Assembly (NCBI RefSeq): GCF_009914755.1
Contig: NC_060947.1
Reading direction: 5' to 3' (one strand)
Length of the DNA stretch: 64,000 nt
From: the human T2T-CHM13v2.0 reference genome, Homo sapiens
Under the pieces are notes generated by a model. That model was not told the origin of the DNA. It saw only the letters and a program-made list of their open reading frames with translations, and searched no databases. Position numbers and translations under genes: made by a program. Of this stretch, positions 60,321 through 64,000 are shown one piece after another (within the stretch, counting starts at the first letter, position 1; every line of letters starts with the position of its first letter).

Positions 60321-60781
60321 TGTGATGGTAATTTTATGTGTCAATTTGATTAGCTTAAGGGATGCCCAGAGAGCAGGTAAAACATTATTTTTGGGTGTGC
60401 CTGTGAGGGCGTTTCCAGAAGAGATTAGCATTTGAATTGGTAGAGTGTAAAAAGAAGGTTATCCTCATTAATGTGGGTGGCCATCATACAATTTATTGAA
60501 GACCTGAATTTGGAGGAAGAGTCAATTCACTCTCTTGAGCTGGGACATCCGTCTTCTCTCACACATCAGAGCTCCTTGGTTCTCAGGCCTTCAGATGCAG
60601 ACTGAATTATCCCACTGGCTTTTCTGGTTCTCCAGCTTGCAGAAAGCTAACCATGGGACTCTTTGACCTCCATAATTGTGTGAGCCAATTCCTACAACTG
60701 AGTCTCTCTTCCTATTAATACATACATAGATATAAATATATTTTATTGTTTCTGTTTCTCTGGAGTACCCTGACTAACACA
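60321..60781 (+). mobile_element. MLT2 (ERVL) solo LTR inserted in an L2 tail
   Basis: TGTGATGGTAATTTTATGTGTCAA...CCCTGACTAACACA with perfect 5-bp TSD GTAAG; flanks reconstitute an L2 end (TGAA)n. Confidence 0.9.
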
Positions 60782-61009
60782 GTAAGGTGTTACATACATA
60801 TTTGTTGAATGAATGAGTGAAACTTATAAAGGCTAAGCTAACTTGCCTATTGTTAAATAGCTATTAAGTGACTGATCCAAGACTTGAACTAGGCTAGCTA
60901 ATAGTAGACCCCAAGTTGTAACCACCATACCAGACTATCACTGTTCTTTTTTGCAACTGAACCATGTCAAAGGCCATAGAGTAATTGCTAGGGAACTTAG
61001 AATCAGCTT

Positions 61010-61097
61010 TTCCCTCTCCTCTCTTTTCCCCTTTCTTTCCCTCCCTCCCTCCCTCCCTTCCTTCCTTCCTTCCCTCCCTCCCTCCCTCCTTTTCTTC
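61010..61097. repeat. (CCCT/CCTT)n polypyrimidine tract
   Basis: About 85 nt of pure pyrimidines. Confidence 0.9.
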
Positions 61098-62150
61098 TAA
61101 GATCTGGAAGGGCTATTTGAGGTCATCTTGTTCAACCTGCACATTTTACAAAGGAGAACCCTAGAGTTGAATCAGTCACGCGGCTTGCCTAAAGGCAATA
61201 AGTTAGTGGCAGACTTAATAGATAAGTTTAGCTTTCGTGGTGGGCATCATTCTAACAAAATCAATGGAGATCTAATTTATTTCATTCTTGTTTACCCAAT
61301 ATCTGTTTATTATAACTAGATTAGTCATGCCACTAACCTGGGACTGTGTCTTGCTCATTTCTACCTAAGTGGCATAGACCACACTGGTTCCTTTGCTGGG
61401 GATTTATTCTTTTTTCCTACATCGATCTATTTTATTCATCCTTCAAGCCCTAGCTCTGTTCTCCCCTCCTCCATACAGACTTCTCTGGCTCATTGCAAAC
61501 TCATACAGCACTCTGCATTTGGTCTTTAATCACACATTACCATGTATTTTCATTTAAATGTTCTCAGGTATGTCTTTCCCACAGGCTCCCCCCACCACAA
61601 GCTCATCAAGAGCAGGATCTATATCACATGTAAACCTCTTTTGTAATCCTCTAGACTCCTAGAAAAGCACTAGACACATAGTAGACACTCAGGGAATAAT
61701 TCTTGAATGAATGAATGAATAAATGATATAAACAAGAAAAAAAATGAAATGGTAAACTCTGCCATCTTGTGGTTATTCATCTTTGGTGTTGTCATTTTCA
61801 CTGTATTTTTTTAGTGTTGAAATTAGAAAAGCATCACATGGTAAGAAACTAAGGTGATGATGGTGAAATTGGGAAGGTTTCTTTTTCTTTTGCTCAACGT
61901 ACCAACAGCATGGTTACTGAAATATTTCATAAGAAAAACTAGAGGTGGAGGGAAACAAAAACCCAAAACAAATCGTGTACCTGAGGATTGAATATAGACC
62001 TGGGAAATATTTATTGGATTTCCTCAGGTACAATCCATGCTTCGAATGGGTCAAGTAAGAGAAATTGTCCCAACATGTTCAACAATTCAGAACTCTGATC
62101 AGATAACCAATCTACTTATTTAAGGGGAGCTATTAATAGACCTTTTATAA

Positions 62151-63162
<1,012 letters not shown>

Positions 63163-63581
63163 CTATTTTCAGTCTCACAGCAACCCCAGGATGCAGGCAG
63201 GCATTATTACACTCAACTTACAGATGGAATTCAGAGGTTCATATACAGAGTCAATAAAAATATATTGAGGACCTGTTATATGCCAGGCATACTGATAGGT
63301 ACTTTCCCATGTTAGAGAAGTTAAGTTAGTTGTCCAAAATCATCTGGTGGTTAAGTGGCAGAGTCTGCACTCCAACTCAGATCATCTGATTTAGGAATCT
63401 AGGGCTCAAACCCTACTATCTTTAGGTCAGTCTAATTCCTCTCCTGAGGGTATTCACATTTGATTTTTCCCTTTCTTTTATGGAATGAAATATTTTGTTT
63501 TCTGTTAGATATTTAAGGTCTCAAGAGCAGGTGCACCAAAAAACACTGGGTGCAGGCTACAAGCCTATACTTTATTTAATG

Positions 63582-63764
63582 CAGTGGTTCTCAGCCCTGG
63601 ATGTAAAATAACATCACCTGGGGAGTTAGAAAACAATTACCCACATTCTGGCCCCACAAGAAAGTGATTAAATCAGAGCCTCCAGCAGTGGAGCCTGAGA
63701 AAAAGTTTTTTTTTTTTCCTTTTAAAAGTTAATTCTAATGTACAGTTAGGGTTGAGAACCACAT
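63582..63764. mobile_element. MER5-like hAT MITE
   Basis: TIRs CAGTGGTTCTCA...TTGAGAACCAC. Confidence 0.8.
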
Positions 63765-64000
63765 TGCTATAGGAGAAAAGTCAGTGACCCAACATCTTAA
63801 CATAGTCAATTCAACTTTTCTAGAGACTGTTCCTAGCAAATACCAAGAAAATTCAATGAGGAAAAAGGAAGAGGAGTAAATAAATATCTTAGAAATGTCA
63901 TTTGTTCAATCTGATTTAGTAGTGCAAGTAAGTTGGATGGCAGTTGATGGAAGTAAACCATTAGAGATGAAGAACCAGGAAAGAAAAGGACATGGATCCC

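Overview
Primate, almost certainly human, genomic DNA (Alu/L1-rich, GT-AG introns) matching the X-linked MCTS1 - C1GALT1C1 (COSMC) locus. MCTS1 is on the + strand: six coding exons give 181 aa, an alternative first coding exon gives MGKGR..., and intron 4 is U12-type. C1GALT1C1 converges on it from the - strand with a non-coding first exon in a CpG island and one 318-aa coding exon carrying Val at codon 143. The remaining ~36 kb is intergenic and mostly mobile elements: many Alus, a twin-primed L1PB, a 5'-truncated L1PA, MaLR/ERVL/ERV1 solo LTRs, hAT MITEs and a decayed Ty3/Gypsy pol remnant. I found no convincing new multi-gene system. The best leads are a perfect 21-bp hairpin inside a MIR, a ~270-bp diverged duplication between the two genes, the Gypsy fossil, a local Alu-plus-flank duplication, and possible regulatory layers on MCTS1 (short uORFs, a candidate U12 poison acceptor, a candidate 3'UTR intron). 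Repeat subfamily names are from recognition by eye and repeat boundaries are approximate.
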